A DNA stretch of 62,646 bases, counting the filler, from Stramenopiles sp. TOSAG23-2 (taxonomy: Eukaryota): the NCBI GenBank assembly GCA_900128395.1. It is 6 parts of 6 records of this genome, joined end to end, with 100 filler letters (N's around TTAATTAATTAA, not from the genome) between each part and the next. Parts side by side here need not be neighbours in the genome. Positions count along the whole stretch, not along the records: positions 1 to 27,999 come from LT649409.1; 5 more parts are not named here. One strand, 5' to 3'. A program made the translations under genes and the position numbers. This document shows, piece by piece, positions 9,065-21,631 of this stretch (the stretch's first letter is position 1; each line of letters opens with the position of its first letter). The notes below the pieces were generated by a model. The model was not told where the DNA came from, did not search any database, and worked only from the letters and a program-made list of their open reading frames with translations.

Positions 9065-12000
9065 ATGGCAAACGTTACTCCGAAGGATTTGACGTTGGAC
9101 AAGAGTAAACCTTTCAAAAAACCTTCGTGTTGGCAGCAGTATTCTTTTTTAATAGGGAAAAATATCAAATTGCAAAAACGCGATGTAGAATCTCTTATGG
9201 CTGAGTATTGGATATTGCCATTGTACATGATTTTTTGGATTAAAGTCATGATGTGGGTGTTTCCTGACGACAGACCAACATTGGAAGAACTTCGTGATAC
9301 GGAAGCAGAATTAAACCGAGTTATTCCAACCGCATGTTACTTTGCTGCACAAACTGTGTTTGTGCCAGCAACGATATATGCAACTACAATTATGGAACGT
9401 TTAGGCGCTGCATGTGGGATGGATAACGCGACAACTTTTGCAACGTTTCGTTCTTTCAATTCAATAAGCGACTTTGAAGTGGAATATTTAAAGAAACCTG
9501 AAAACATTTATGCTATGTTATATTTTGATGAAACAAAAGCAAATACTTTCTCGATATACCATAACGAAAGTTTAACTGCTGGTAGATATTTACCAAATAT
9601 GGATGAAACGACTTTGAAAATGAAAGACCCACCACTTGCATATGTACCTGCACTTACTACACGTGGTACCGTATTAGCATTTGGAGATAATCGTTTAGCA
9701 GATTTAGCATCAAAAGCTCAACATGCTGTGGTTGGCTCTCCACGAATGATACCTGACGCCATACATTTAAAACCGTTTCCATTCGATAAAGCACGTTGTG
9801 ATGGAATTGGATGTGTTATGAAATATACATGGCCATCTTTAATTGGTAGTGTCTTTTTTATCACTATTCAAAGTTTCTTGACTAGAGTTGGCCAAGAGAA
9901 AGAGAGAGGAATCAAAGAAGCATTGTATGTTGCCGGGACATCTCAATGGGCATATTGGGCTTCATGGCTAACAGCAAAATCGTTTGACATGATTTTTCCT
10001 TCCTTGATTTTTTCAGTTTTATTATTTGCTACTGAAATTTTTATTAAACAAAATTTTGCTTTTATATTTTTCAGTTGCTATTTGTTTGGAATTGCTAGTT
10101 TGGTACAAATGATTTTTGTACAAGCGTTGTTGAAAACGGGACAACAGATAATGATGGCTGGAGTCATGTTGCTAGTTATTGGCTCGGCCATATACTATCC
10201 AGTACGCTTGCTCGGTATTGATAAAGGGTGGAGCGATGATGCAGCAAATGCTTGTTTCCTATTTCCACCAGTTGCAATTAGCCATATATTTTGGGAATTA
10301 GCGGATCATGAAGGGCGTAAAATAGAATTGGATGTCAGTAAAAATCCACTAATTGGAAGTGCATTATGGATGATGGCAATTTCTATAGTATTTTGGGGTT
10401 TTATTGGATTTTATTTTGAACAAATTATGCCGCAAAACCATGGACCTGCTTTGGAGCAATGGAATTTTATATTTTCTGGAAAATATTGGAAGTATTTTTT
10501 TTGCAGTGGAAAAAAGGATGAAGCAAAAAACAATTTGCAAAAATACAGCCCGGGTGATGAAGAATATTTTGATGGAGTTCGCATACAACAACTTGTGAAA
10601 GAATTTAACGTAAAAGATGAGAAAGGGAAATCATCGATATTGCGTGCTGTTGACAATTTAACGGTAGACTTTCACGCGGGACAAGTAGCTGCTGTACTAG
10701 GCCATAATGGTGCAGGAAAGACAACTTCCATTCGTATGATGACGGGCAGCCATGCACCGACGAGTGGTAAAATTTACATAGATGGTGTCGATGGACTTGA
10801 AAATGCTAATTGGGTTCGGGAAAATGTTGGGGTTTGCCCACAACATGATGTGCTGTATGATAATTTAACGGCAGGAGAACACGTCGAATTGTTCGGTGGG
10901 ATGAAAGGAGAAGTTGACGTCATGAAAACATTGAACAGTGTCGATTTAGGGCCAAAGCGAGATGAATTGGTCAAATCTTTTTCTGGCGGACAAAAACGTA
11001 GGCTAAGTGTTGCACTTGCCTTGTTGGGAGATCCAAAATTAATCGTATTGGATGAGCCAACAACTGGAATGGACGTGGTTGCTCGTCAATCTGTTTGGAA
11101 AATGATCGAATCGAAGAAAAAAGGACGTTGTATTATTTTAACGACCCATTCCATGGAAGAGGCAGATGCGCTAGGTGATCGAGTCGTTGTAATTGGTAAA
11201 GGAAAGGTGCAGGCACAAGGTACTAGCTTAGACTTGAAAAATAAATTTGGTATTGGTTACCATTTACATATTGTGAAAGATTTGAAGGCCATGGAAAGCA
11301 ACAAGTTCCAACTTGATGATGTTGAGAAGTTGATTACAAAACATGTTGGAGAAGATTCAGTCAAATTATTAACTGATATTGGTGCAGAATGCTCATTTGC
11401 GGTTCCAAGAGATAAAACACCGACATTCCCAGATTTATTCACTGCACTGAATGAAAATAAAGAAAACTTGGGAATAGAACAAGTGGCATTGTCACAAACT
11501 ACTCTTGAAGAAGTGTTTATGGAACTGGGAAAGAAAGAAAAAGAGGAGGAAAAAAAGAAAGAGGAAGAAGAGAAAAAAGATAGCGATGGTAAGAGTGACG
11601 TGGAAAACGCTGGCAAAGCATCTACAGACGATGAAAACAGCAACAAAGCTGTTGATCTGGATGTTGTAGGTATCGGGGGTAGTGCCAAAGGTGGTAGCTT
11701 TACTACTCAAACTTATGGTGGCTTATATCTCGTTTTAAATACGTACAAACGTGATCCTTCAGCAATATGTTGCTTGATGATCTGGCCGATTATGTTGGTA
11801 ATTGTTGCTGGTATAATATACATGACACGAGAATTAGATACATTGGAATCTATTGCTGTTGTGCCATACAAAAACCCACCAGCATCATTTCCATACGTAA
11901 TAATTGATAGCGCACAAAGCACATATGCCGCTAAGTATGTGCAAAATATCACATCAGTCACTGGTTCCGTTGGAAAAGAATATGCAACTAAAGCTGCAAT

Positions 12001-14056
12001 GGATGTTGCTTTAAGTGCTGGTGAAGGGGTGCTTGGGTATCAATTTGGCATCGTATTTGATAGTTTGAAATATAATGGTACGAAAATGGATGCTCTTAAT
12101 ATCGAATTATTGCTAAATGATACGGATATTGAATTTAAACAAGCGCGCCAGATTGCGGCCATGGTAACCAACGTTGGCCTTGGCATTAATGGGAAACAAT
12201 CTGTCACTCCTACTTACGTGGAAATGGAGAAAGGTCCTTCGGCACAAATGAATGCAGTTGCTTGGGGTGCGGGGGGACTTATGATTATTATATCCTCCGC
12301 ATTTGCATATCTAAGTGCATTTTATTCTGAAGGTATGGCACGTGATCGAATCTTAAATCGACGTGTGCATTTATTTGTTTCATCCATGGGACGGCCTCAA
12401 TATTACATGGGGCGTTTTATAGCGGATTTTGTGTCGTTATTAATACCTTTACTCCTGACTCCGATTATCATGGCAATGTTTGCCTTTCCATCAGTTTTAC
12501 AATCAAACATTGGTGCGTATTTTTTACTAGTAATATTATTTGCACCATCAGGTGTTGCTTTTGGGTATGTTATATCTTGGTTATTTCCAAGCATTGAAGC
12601 GGCGCAAGAGTGGGGACAAGAGCTAGTAGGAATTGTAACCATTATGCCATTTTTCTTGACTTCGTTCATTTTAACGGATGCAAATGAAACTGTACATTCC
12701 TTCCTAGGATTAATTCCAGGCTATGCTATTTTCCGTGGTTTGGCTGTACTTGAAGCAGAGGCTGCAGAGGGCAAACCATATTTAACAACTGGAGATCTGT
12801 TTAATAGCGATCGTAGTCTTGTATGGGTTTATATCATTTTGATCATTGATGCTTTCCTATATTGGTTTATTGTTGTCGCTATCGATTATGCAGAGGCACC
12901 ATATAAACGTTGTATGGATAAAATGAAGCGTATGCAAGTGAAAAGTGGTGCGGAAAATGATGAAGCTGTTCAATTAGCATCTGGCTCTGCTTTTGGTGGT
13001 GGTGAGGTAAAACCAGTACTACATCGAGAACCTGACGCGCGTGTAATAACCGAGGAGGATGCAGTGAAAGGTGGAGCAACAAAAATGTTGACGATCAAAG
13101 GCATTGAAAAGAAATTTATAATGAACAATGGTGGTATTAATCATGCAGTGAAAGGTGTTTTCCTTGGTGTAGAAAAAGGGGAAATTTTTGGATTATTGGG
13201 AATGAATGGTGCTGGTAAGACTACTCTGATGAATGCGATACAAGGGAAACATGTTCCAACAAGCGGCGATTGTTTAATCGATGGCACATCCAGTGTAACG
13301 GAAATTGATGCTGCGCGCAAAAAGTTTGGCATATGTCCTCAGCACGACATCATATGGGATGAAGTAACACCACGTGAACATTTAATTGCCTTTGCAAATA
13401 TACGTGGAGTTGCGAAAGAGAAAATAGCACAATTAGCTGGTTCGTTACTACAGCGTTTGGATGTGATTAAAAAAGCAGATGCACCAGCTAAAACTTTGAG
13501 TGGAGGGCAAAAAAGAAAATTATCTATAGCAATGGCTGTCATAGGTAATCCACGTTGCGTTTTTCTAGATGAACCTACTACTGGTTTGGATCCGAATACA
13601 AGGCGCTTTGTATGGGATTACATTTTGGAGTTAAAAGAAAATCGTGCTGTTGTGTTAACGACTCATAGCATGGAAGAGGCTGATGCCTTATGTGCAAGAA
13701 TTGGAATCATGGTAAACGGAAAATTAAAGACCTTAGGTACACCACAGCAATTGAAGGCACAATATGGAACTGGATACGGGATGATAATCCGTTTAAAGGG
13801 AGATGTTGAGAATGATACCGAAATTCTTGAAAAGATTCTTAAAGAGAAGTTTGGTGAAGATTGCACTTTAGATGATATTGTCTCAACTGCAACATACCGT
13901 GCTTATCGAATTAGTCAAGGTGAATTGGATTTTGGAGACTTATTTCGTTCCTTGGAGGAGAATAAAGAAGCATTTGGATTACTTGATTATTCGATTACGC
14001 AAACTACCATGGATCAAGTTTTTAAAAATTTTGCAAAGTTTCAATTGGGGGAGTAA
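9065..14056 (+). CDS. ABCA: Full-length ABC transporter, subfamily A (TMD-NBD x2)
   Basis: 1663 aa; QEKERGIKE; NBD1 GHNGAGKT/FSGGQKRR/LDEPTTG; NBD2 GMNGAGKT/LSGGQKRK/LDEPTTG; GVCPQHD, TTHSMEEADAL, TTLEEVF. Confidence 0.95.
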   Translation: MANVTPKDLTLDKSKPFKKPSCWQQYSFLIGKNIKLQKRDVESLMAEYWILPLYMIFWIKVMMWVFPDDRPTLEELRDTEAELNRVIPTACYFAAQTVFVPATIYATTIMERLGAACGMDNATTFATFRSFNSISDFEVEYLKKPENIYAMLYFDETKANTFSIYHNESLTAGRYLPNMDETTLKMKDPPLAYVPALTTRGTVLAFGDNRLADLASKAQHAVVGSPRMIPDAIHLKPFPFDKARCDGIGCVMKYTWPSLIGSVFFITIQSFLTRVGQEKERGIKEALYVAGTSQWAYWASWLTAKSFDMIFPSLIFSVLLFATEIFIKQNFAFIFFSCYLFGIASLVQMIFVQALLKTGQQIMMAGVMLLVIGSAIYYPVRLLGIDKGWSDDAANACFLFPPVAISHIFWELADHEGRKIELDVSKNPLIGSALWMMAISIVFWGFIGFYFEQIMPQNHGPALEQWNFIFSGKYWKYFFCSGKKDEAKNNLQKYSPGDEEYFDGVRIQQLVKEFNVKDEKGKSSILRAVDNLTVDFHAGQVAAVLGHNGAGKTTSIRMMTGSHAPTSGKIYIDGVDGLENANWVRENVGVCPQHDVLYDNLTAGEHVELFGGMKGEVDVMKTLNSVDLGPKRDELVKSFSGGQKRRLSVALALLGDPKLIVLDEPTTGMDVVARQSVWKMIESKKKGRCIILTTHSMEEADALGDRVVVIGKGKVQAQGTSLDLKNKFGIGYHLHIVKDLKAMESNKFQLDDVEKLITKHVGEDSVKLLTDIGAECSFAVPRDKTPTFPDLFTALNENKENLGIEQVALSQTTLEEVFMELGKKEKEEEKKKEEEEKKDSDGKSDVENAGKASTDDENSNKAVDLDVVGIGGSAKGGSFTTQTYGGLYLVLNTYKRDPSAICCLMIWPIMLVIVAGIIYMTRELDTLESIAVVPYKNPPASFPYVIIDSAQSTYAAKYVQNITSVTGSVGKEYATKAAMDVALSAGEGVLGYQFGIVFDSLKYNGTKMDALNIELLLNDTDIEFKQARQIAAMVTNVGLGINGKQSVTPTYVEMEKGPSAQMNAVAWGAGGLMIIISSAFAYLSAFYSEGMARDRILNRRVHLFVSSMGRPQYYMGRFIADFVSLLIPLLLTPIIMAMFAFPSVLQSNIGAYFLLVILFAPSGVAFGYVISWLFPSIEAAQEWGQELVGIVTIMPFFLTSFILTDANETVHSFLGLIPGYAIFRGLAVLEAEAAEGKPYLTTGDLFNSDRSLVWVYIILIIDAFLYWFIVVAIDYAEAPYKRCMDKMKRMQVKSGAENDEAVQLASGSAFGGGEVKPVLHREPDARVITEEDAVKGGATKMLTIKGIEKKFIMNNGGINHAVKGVFLGVEKGEIFGLLGMNGAGKTTLMNAIQGKHVPTSGDCLIDGTSSVTEIDAARKKFGICPQHDIIWDEVTPREHLIAFANIRGVAKEKIAQLAGSLLQRLDVIKKADAPAKTLSGGQKRKLSIAMAVIGNPRCVFLDEPTTGLDPNTRRFVWDYILELKENRAVVLTTHSMEEADALCARIGIMVNGKLKTLGTPQQLKAQYGTGYGMIIRLKGDVENDTEILEKILKEKFGEDCTLDDIVSTATYRAYRISQGELDFGDLFRSLEENKEAFGLLDYSITQTTMDQVFKNFAKFQLGE

Positions 14057-14237
14057 AAACATATATAATGCCTTCAATATTTCACACTTGTCGTCAGGCA
14101 CCACCTTCAATATTTTAAAATACCATGGATCAAGTTTTTAAAAATTTTGCAAAGTTTCAATTGGGGGAGTAAAAACATATATAATGCCTTCAATATTTCA
14201 CACTTGTCGTCAGGCACCACCTTCAATATTTTAAAAT
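14005..14237. repeat. Perfect tandem duplication, 116-bp unit (ABCA stop region)
   Basis: TACCATGGATCAAG.. at 14005 and 14121. Confidence 0.95.
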
Positions 14238-14442
14238 TTATCTGTAATGCTATTTTAATGTTATTATATTATATTTGTCACCCATGCTAATATGATGCTA
14301 ATAAATAGCATGTTTATTTGGGAGTTGATTTGTTCTCCCAAAAAAAGAAAAAAAGTGGAGGAGATTTTATTATGCATTATTAATATGCATATGCATCCAC
14401 GTACTACTATACATATAAAGAATCATTCTATTTAGTAGAGAT

Positions 14443-14680
14443 AGTACTCCAACATGAACGAGATATACATTCCATTGCATTCAACTGTGTCATATAAGAG
14501 AGTCTTACATTTAATTCACTTACATCATTATTTGACTATACAGGTCACATTATAGAAAGTAAGTACTCCAACATGAACGAGATATACATTCCATTGCATT
14601 CAACTGTGTCATATAAGAGAGTCTTACATTTAATTCACTTACATCATTATTTGACTATACAGGTCACATTATAGAAAGTA
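14443..14680. repeat. Perfect tandem duplication, 119-bp unit
   Basis: AGTACTCCAACATG.. at 14443 and 14562. Confidence 0.95.
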
Positions 14681-14688
14681 GCAAAACT

Positions 14689-16633
14689 ATGGTTACTTTA
14701 AAAAATAACGTGGTCACTGTACTAGTATTGATCATAGGTACTTTTTTATTGTTCAATACAGTTGTAGAAGCTGATATACCTGTACATTGTTTACACAGAC
14801 AAGTAGTTGGTACATGGATATTTCGTATGGGATCTAATGATCATGATGATACGTTGACATGTGGTCACAAATTGCCAGACTCGGTTATGACAATGGTAGA
14901 TAACAGAATACGCTTTAAAAACCCAAATTTTAAAGTTTCTCACGATTATAAAATAACTTTAAGTGAGCCAAACATAGCAACAGATGCAAAGGGCAACAAA
15001 GGGACTTGGACAATGATATATGATGAAGGTTTTGAAGTGAGAGTAAACGGTAAAACTTTCTTCTCTTTCTTTGTATACGTTCCAAAAGTAGCAGAGCCGA
15101 CACCGGACAACAATGCAGATTTTGATAGCATATGTGGTGAAACGTTTACCGGTTGGTATCACGATTATGATGATACGGAATGGGGTTGTTTTATCGGTAA
15201 AAAAGAAGGTACAAATGGTGAAAAAACCCCTTCTTTTACTTCTAAAAGAAGACGACGCTTAACTGGAAATTTACGTGAAAGTAGCAAAAACATATTGAAT
15301 GTTGTTGAAAGCAATTTAATGGGGTTGTTTTATCGGTAAAAAAGAAGGTACAAATGGTGAAAAAACCCCTTCTTTTACTTCTAAAAGAAGACGACGCTTA
15401 ACTGGAAATTTACGTGAAAGTAGCAAAAACATATTGAATGTTGTTGAAAGCAATTTTAACACAATGGTAGTTCGTAAACAAAGTTTGCAAAATGGTGAGA
15501 AAAAATGGCAACCAGATCTAGCATTGATTGAAGAAATTAATAACGATAAAACACGCGGATGGACTGCCAAAGTACATACGCCATTTACTAAGAAATCAGT
15601 GACTGAGATGCGTCAATTGCTCGGTACTACCAAGTAACCAGATCTAGCATTGATTGAAGAAATTAATAACGATAAAACACGCGGATGGACTGCCAAAGTA
15701 CATACGCCATTTACTAAGAAATCAGTGACTGAGATGCGTCAATTGCTCGGTACTACCAAGTATGCGAAAAATGGTGGTTTCCCAGAGACGGCAAATACAA
15801 TTACAGGTGGCATGTCAAAAGCGAGAAATGATGATATGAAAACCACATTCTTAGAAGAAACTGAAAATATCGAGGAAGAATTTCCAAAATCATTTGATTG
15901 GAGAAAAGAGGAAGGTGGAAAATACATGACGGAAATTATTTCACAAGGTTCATGTGGATCATGTTATGCAATTGCTGCTACGGATATGATATCAATACGT
16001 TTAAGAATTATGACCAAAGGCAAGGACAAGACAAAAATTAGTCCACAGAATGTTGTATCATGTTCCGATTACAACCAAGGTTGCGAAGGGGGCTATCCAT
16101 TTTTAGTAGGTAAATTTGGTCGTGATATTGGATATGTACCAGAGTACTGCCAAACTTACACAGGAGCAGATGATCCATGTAAAATTAATTGCGGTGGGAA
16201 ACCTATGAAAGTTTATCATACATCCAAGTATGGTTACATCGGGGGGTATTATGGTGCTTGTAATGAGCAACATATGATGAAAGAATTGAAAAATAACGGG
16301 CCAATCGTTGTGGCATTAAATGCTCCGAGCGATTTGTTTTACTATAGTGGTGGTATATACACTTTTAAAGATACGGACAAAGCGAATTTTGATATAAACG
16401 GTATCAGTCGATGGGAAAAAACAAATCATGCCGTATTAGCAGTTGGTTGGGGCGAAGATAATGATGGAAAAAAATATTGGATTATAAAAAATAGTTGGGG
16501 CGAATCGTGGGGTGAAAATGGTTATTTTAAATTAGCAAAAGGTAACGATATAATTGCTGCAGAAAGTATGGCTGTGGCTGCAATGCCAATGCTTCCAAAA
16601 CATAAAATTGATAAATTAGAACCGAGTTCATAA
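14689..16633 (+). CDS. CTSC: Cathepsin C (dipeptidyl peptidase I), split by two tandem duplications
   Basis: Signal peptide then DIPVHC exclusion domain with GTWTMIYDEGFE; papain domain QGSCGSCY, CEGGYP, NHAV, KNSWG; one ORF is restored by collapsing the repeats at 15179-15456 and 15510-15762. Confidence 0.93.
15179..15456. repeat. Perfect tandem duplication, 139-bp unit (frameshifts cathepsin C)
   Basis: AATGGGGTTG.. at 15179 and 15318. Confidence 0.95.
15510..15762. repeat. Perfect tandem duplication, 126-bp unit (junction creates TAA in cathepsin C)
   Basis: AACCAGATCTAG.. at 15510 and 15636. Confidence 0.95.
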
Positions 16634-16814
16634 AAAGGTGAAATCATATATTTGCAGTATGATATGATAAAAGATATGATACGTGTGTGAAACAGTATAC
16701 CAATGCTTCCAAAACATAAAATTGATAAATTAGAACCGAGTTCATAAAAAGGTGAAATCATATATTTGCAGTATGATATGATAAAAGATATGATACGTGT
16801 GTGAAACAGTATAC
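16586..16814. repeat. Perfect tandem duplication, 114-bp unit
   Basis: CCAATGCTTCC.. at 16586 and 16700. Confidence 0.95.
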
Positions 16815-17151
16815 AGTATTCGTAATATGATAAATGAAATCTTTTATCTTCGTATCAATAATAATATATTGATACGCTTCGTAATATTAAATATCCGCAA
16901 ATGTGTGAGATGACTAAAAAAATATGTAAAGTATATGCGACGAAATATAATCAAAAATTTCTGTACACACTCGCTACTATCATACTATCATATGATACGA
17001 AGTAAAATAATGTATGATACAAAATATATCTCACACGTAAAACATCATTATAAATATATACGAGCATCGTATGATATCATGTGATATGATATATACGAGT
17101 ATATGCTTTATCATATATAATGTACGAACTATATTTTATAAAAAAAAATAA

Positions 17152-17358
17152 TAAAATATTAAGTTTCGTATCAATCCCTAAATGTGACTTTACTTATATC
17201 ACCTTTACTCATCATTGTTCCCATTACTTTTTCCAAATCTTCACTAAATAAAATTAAAATATTAAGTTTCGTATCAATCCCTAAATGTGACTTTACTTAT
17301 ATCACCTTTACTCATCATTGTTCCCATTACTTTTTCCAAATCTTCACTAAATAAAATT
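17152..17358. repeat. Perfect tandem duplication, 103-bp unit
   Basis: TAAAATATTAAGTTTCG.. at 17152 and 17255. Confidence 0.95.
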
Positions 17359-18300
17359 GAAGAATTCATCATTCTTACATGTTCCAAAGAATCCTCAGTT
17401 GTATGTTCACGAGAATATTTAATATTACGTTTTATATTTCTCATTGTTAATGGACTTTTCTTAGCAATCTCTAGGGCTAAAGTTTCAACAGCATTCATCA
17501 TTTCATCTGATGTATCAAAACAATTTAAAACTAATCCTAAATTCATAGCTTCCTCGCCATTAAAATGCCGCCCCGTATATGCTAATTCACGTGTACGCTG
17601 CTCACCAACAATATTTGGTAGACGCTGTAAAGTGCCCACGTCTGCTACGATAGCTAAATCTATTTCTTTTACAGAAAAATTTGCTTGCTTTGTACAATAT
17701 CTTAAACAACAAGCAGTTAATAAATCAACAGCGCCACCGATAGCATTGCCATCAATAGCACATATAACAGGAACATTACATGCTTCCGCACCAGTGCAAG
17801 TTGATTGGAAAAAATCAATAGTATTTTCCAGTTTTTCACGTGCACGTCCAGGACACTTCTCTTTGTGATGACTTTGAACCATTTCCGCAAATACACTTAA
17901 ATCCATACCGGTACTAAAATGGTTTGATGTCGAACCTAAAATAATACAACGAACACTTGGATCTTTATTTACAACCTCAAAGCTTTCCTTAAGCTCTTTC
18001 CACATACGCCAATTCATAGCATTCATTTTATCTGGTCGATTCATTAAAATTTTTGCAACCCCTTCCTCATCCACTGAGACACTTATTGTTTCATATTTTT
18101 CAGCATGTTTTGCAAATGATGATAATCTTCGTGAGGAAGAAGGGAGGAATGAAAGCTGTCTTATATTAAATAATTGTCTCCACTATTGTTTCATATTTTT
18201 CAGCATGTTTTGCAAATGATGATAATCTTCGTGAGGAAGAAGGGAGGAATGAAAGCTGTCTTATATTAAATAATTGTCTCCACTTTATTGATCTGATCAT
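17274..18300 (-). CDS. ECH1: Crotonase-family delta3,5-delta2,4-dienoyl-CoA isomerase (ECH1-like) with a mitochondrial-type presequence
   Basis: NRPDKMNAM, FSTGMDL, IGGAVDL, FSVKEIDLAIVADVGTLQRLP; collapsing the 100-bp repeat at 18084-18283 joins MIRSIKWRQLF..YETISVSVDEEG in frame. Confidence 0.88.
18084..18283. repeat. Perfect tandem duplication, 100-bp unit (frameshifts ECH1)
   Basis: TATTGTTTCATA.. at 18084 and 18184. Confidence 0.95.
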
Positions 18301-18671
18301 ATTGTTAGTATTTGTTTCTATGTGTAAGACTATGTATTCTCTATCTTTTGATTTTGTGGATTTACTTTTTAGATCTATGTATAGTTACAATTTAAATTGG
18401 TATTCCTTGTATATTTCGAATTATTATTATGGTAAAGCACTAAAAGTATAAATGTTAATAATGTTTAGGCAAAAAAAATTATTTAAACCATACTAATACC
18501 ACGGGGTGATTTAGTATGGGAATAGAAGGTGTTATAATTTAATTCTGTGTATATGCTACCAGGTATTCATTAAATTATGAATGTACATGATATGATATGA
18601 TATGTAATAATATATATATATACTGTGTGTGTGAATTTATCTTCTCTTCTTTATTACGTATATTATACGAG

Positions 18672-18709
<38 letters not shown>

Positions 18710-18747
18710 TACTGTGTGTGTGTGTGTGAATTATCTTCCTCTTTATC

Positions 18748-21025
18748 TCACAAATCATTTAACGTATTTAGTAAATTATGATGTGCACGTTTACTTTCAT
18801 TCAATCTATTTTCCATTTCAACAATTTGCTCTCTTAATGCCATATTTGCTGCATTGATAGATGACACTGCAGATTGTGCTTTTTTTTTGATGTGCACGTT
18901 TACTTTCATTCAATCTATTTTCCATTTCAACAATTTGCTCTCTTAATGCCATATTTGCTGCATTGATAGATGACACTGCAGATTGTGCTTTTTTTTGCCT
19001 ACGTTGTGCATCCACTAAATGTCTTTCCAATTTACTTTTGTCTTTTTCTAACGTATTTTTCTCTTCAACATGTTTTTCCATCATTTGTTTTTGATTTTTA
19101 ATATTCTTTTGTATTTCGAACTTTAAATTTTCAATCATATTTTGATCTGATTTGATTTTTCTATCCATTTCTATCAGTGCCTTTCGTGCTTCATCTGCGG
19201 TATCATTTAAATCTGATGTTAATTTACGTTCCTCTGATATAATATTATTTAAACGTTGTATTTCTTTCTTTGCTGATTTTATTTCCTCCTTTTGTTCCAA
19301 TGCTATTTCTTCGATTTTTTCTTGTTCTCTACTAAAATGTTTTAATTTTTCGATTGAAAAATTATTACCTTGATTTACTTTATTGATGGAAGCTTGCAAT
19401 GACGCTAATTGATTCATTTCTTGATGTGCATTATATACTTGCTGTTTTAATGTTTTGATTTCTTCTTCGTATTCCCCATTAGTTTTCGAAGTTGTATCTG
19501 CTTTCGTTGATAAATATTCATTCTCGCTACGTAATGAACCGACTTGTGACCGTAATTCTTGCAATTCTTCAGCCATAATAGACATTTTTTTCGACGTACC
19601 TTCAGCATTTGCTTTCCAATCTACGACTTGTTGTTGTAATTTTTCATTTGTTATTTCTAAACCATCAATTTTTCGTTTCAAAATTTTAGTATTATTACTT
19701 TCACGTTGGGAATTGCCTAAATGCTTTAAATTTGATCGTTCTAAGCGTTTTAATTCATCTTCAAGTCCACGCGCTTTTTCCTCTGCTAACTTTCTGCCTT
19801 TTTCCTCCTCTTTACATATATCAACCATCTCAGCAAATTGCATATCAATTTCCCTGGACCGTTCTTGCTCCAAACGAAGTTCAAATTCTACACGTGCCTT
19901 CGATTCTACGCTATCTTCTATATGTTTTGCCAATACAGCATTATTTTCTGCAAGTGCTAATAATTCCATTGTTTCCGGCTTGGCTTGATTTGCACCATCA
20001 GATAATAAACGTAGTAATTGATTATTTCTTTTTTGCTGTATCTTGATGCTACTTAATGTTTGCTTTAGATTACTTGATCCTAAATCACTATTTATATCTC
20101 CTCTTCTTTTATTATAACTACGTCCTGGTGAAGGTGGCATCCAGACTTTTTTTCTTGATTTCGATCCTCCTCGTTTTGGTGAGGATGGACGGCTACCATT
20201 ACGACTTCTATATTGATGTTCTTGATGTGATGCATCAATTGTCCAATCGCCATCTTGTTCCTCAATAATACGCTCATGTGCTCGCAGCACTGGAGAATTC
20301 AATTTAAACGATTGCATACTTCCTGCTATACTATTATTATTTGTATTTGTTCTATTAGTATTATTATTATTACTATGTCTAGTTACAATTGCTGTGGACG
20401 AACTATCATCAAAACTACCACCTCTTGCTGGATGGTTACTGTTGTTGTTATTATTATCATTATAATTGGCTAGGTTTACTTCAATTTCATATTGTTGCAT
20501 TTGTCTTAATTGTTCTACATCAACAACACCTGGGGTTTGAAATGATGGTGTTTGAATTTGAGACAATAGACTACCTTGACCTTGCATTTTCCCTTCTAGC
20601 TTTTTCAATGTTTTCACGACTTGTTTATTACTTTTGACTAATCTTTCTTGATTTTTTCTGTATAAATTAATAACTTCAGAGACTTGTAACGACGAACCAT
20701 CATCCAAAGTTACATTGCCTGCCAAATCATCCGCATTTAAATTACCTCCATTGCCTCCACTATCAAAACTACCATTACCACCACCACGCCGAAGTGATTG
20801 TCTCATTTTCATCAACTCTGCCCTGCGCAATTGCGATGCAGTTAATCGTTCATTCTTACTATTTACAGTTGCATTTGAGTCCTCCGCTAATAATTGATCA
20901 TGCCATTCATCTTTTTCATTTTCACTTTTATTATTAAAACGTAATGACTTTGCAAAATTTTGATTCGTAGCATTCAACCCACCCAATGGTACAGTTACAG
21001 AATTTTTTCGATGTGCATGACTCAT
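18748..21025 (-). CDS. Long coiled-coil protein with a disordered N-terminal half
   Basis: 735-aa ORF with E/K/Q/L heptad-rich C-half; collapsing the 109-bp repeat gives the end KRAHHNLLNTLNDL* at 18748. Confidence 0.75.
18779..18996. repeat. Perfect tandem duplication, 109-bp unit
   Basis: TGATGTGCACG.. at 18779 and 18888. Confidence 0.95.
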
Positions 21026-21631
21026 TTTGTGAATTTTATTTTCTATTATGGATCATATGTAGTACATATGTGTGTGTGTGTGTGTGTGTGTTGTATAGAC
21101 AACTATGTGTATTTTTATTTAATAATGTTTGAAGGTTAAGCAATTGAAAAAAAAAAAAAATTCAAATGGTGCAACACGTGACAAATATTCTATTTTATAC
21201 TAGTATAAATAGCACAATATTATAGATGATGCCTGGATGCCAGGATATGACTAAAGCTATACTACCACAGGTGGTATATCTATAGTACAGTATATATATA
21301 CAGTATTAGTATAACTCGAATACTCGAATCCGGAATAGCATTTTATCCTATGGAACACAACATCAGTCCCATCGTATTAATATATCTACATCTGCTATAG
21401 CAGCTAGAGCTACACAGTATTACATAACCAAAGGATTATTACAATAGTCCTCCGGTCTATTTATTATTAATTATAAATATACACCCTGGACAATTATTAG
21501 CACTCGCTGGTTCCCATATAGAAAGGTACAGAGAGAAGATATAAAAATGTGATATGTGTATACACACACGCGCAATTTTAGAATCATTCATTAACATATG
21601 CATCAATATTGCAAAATAATTAAAATTAAGC

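Noticed and set aside
14317..14343. TTTGGGAG..CTCCCAAA hairpin next to an A/T run as an intrinsic terminator
   Set aside because: Eukaryotic Pol II context and a single occurrence; no further support
14689..16633. Cathepsin C as a pseudogene or a programmed frameshift/readthrough gene
   Set aside because: Both breaks coincide with duplication junctions; collapsing them restores one ORF with intact catalytic motifs. The same holds for ECH1 and the PPase
14005..18996. Cluster of direct repeats as a CRISPR-like array or mobile element
   Set aside because: Each unit is unique local sequence present twice; no common repeat, spacers, terminal repeats, cas or transposase genes
21068..21091. (TG)n, (AT)n and (AAT)n tracts throughout
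   Set aside because: Ordinary microsatellites and poly-Asn codons of an AT-rich protist genome
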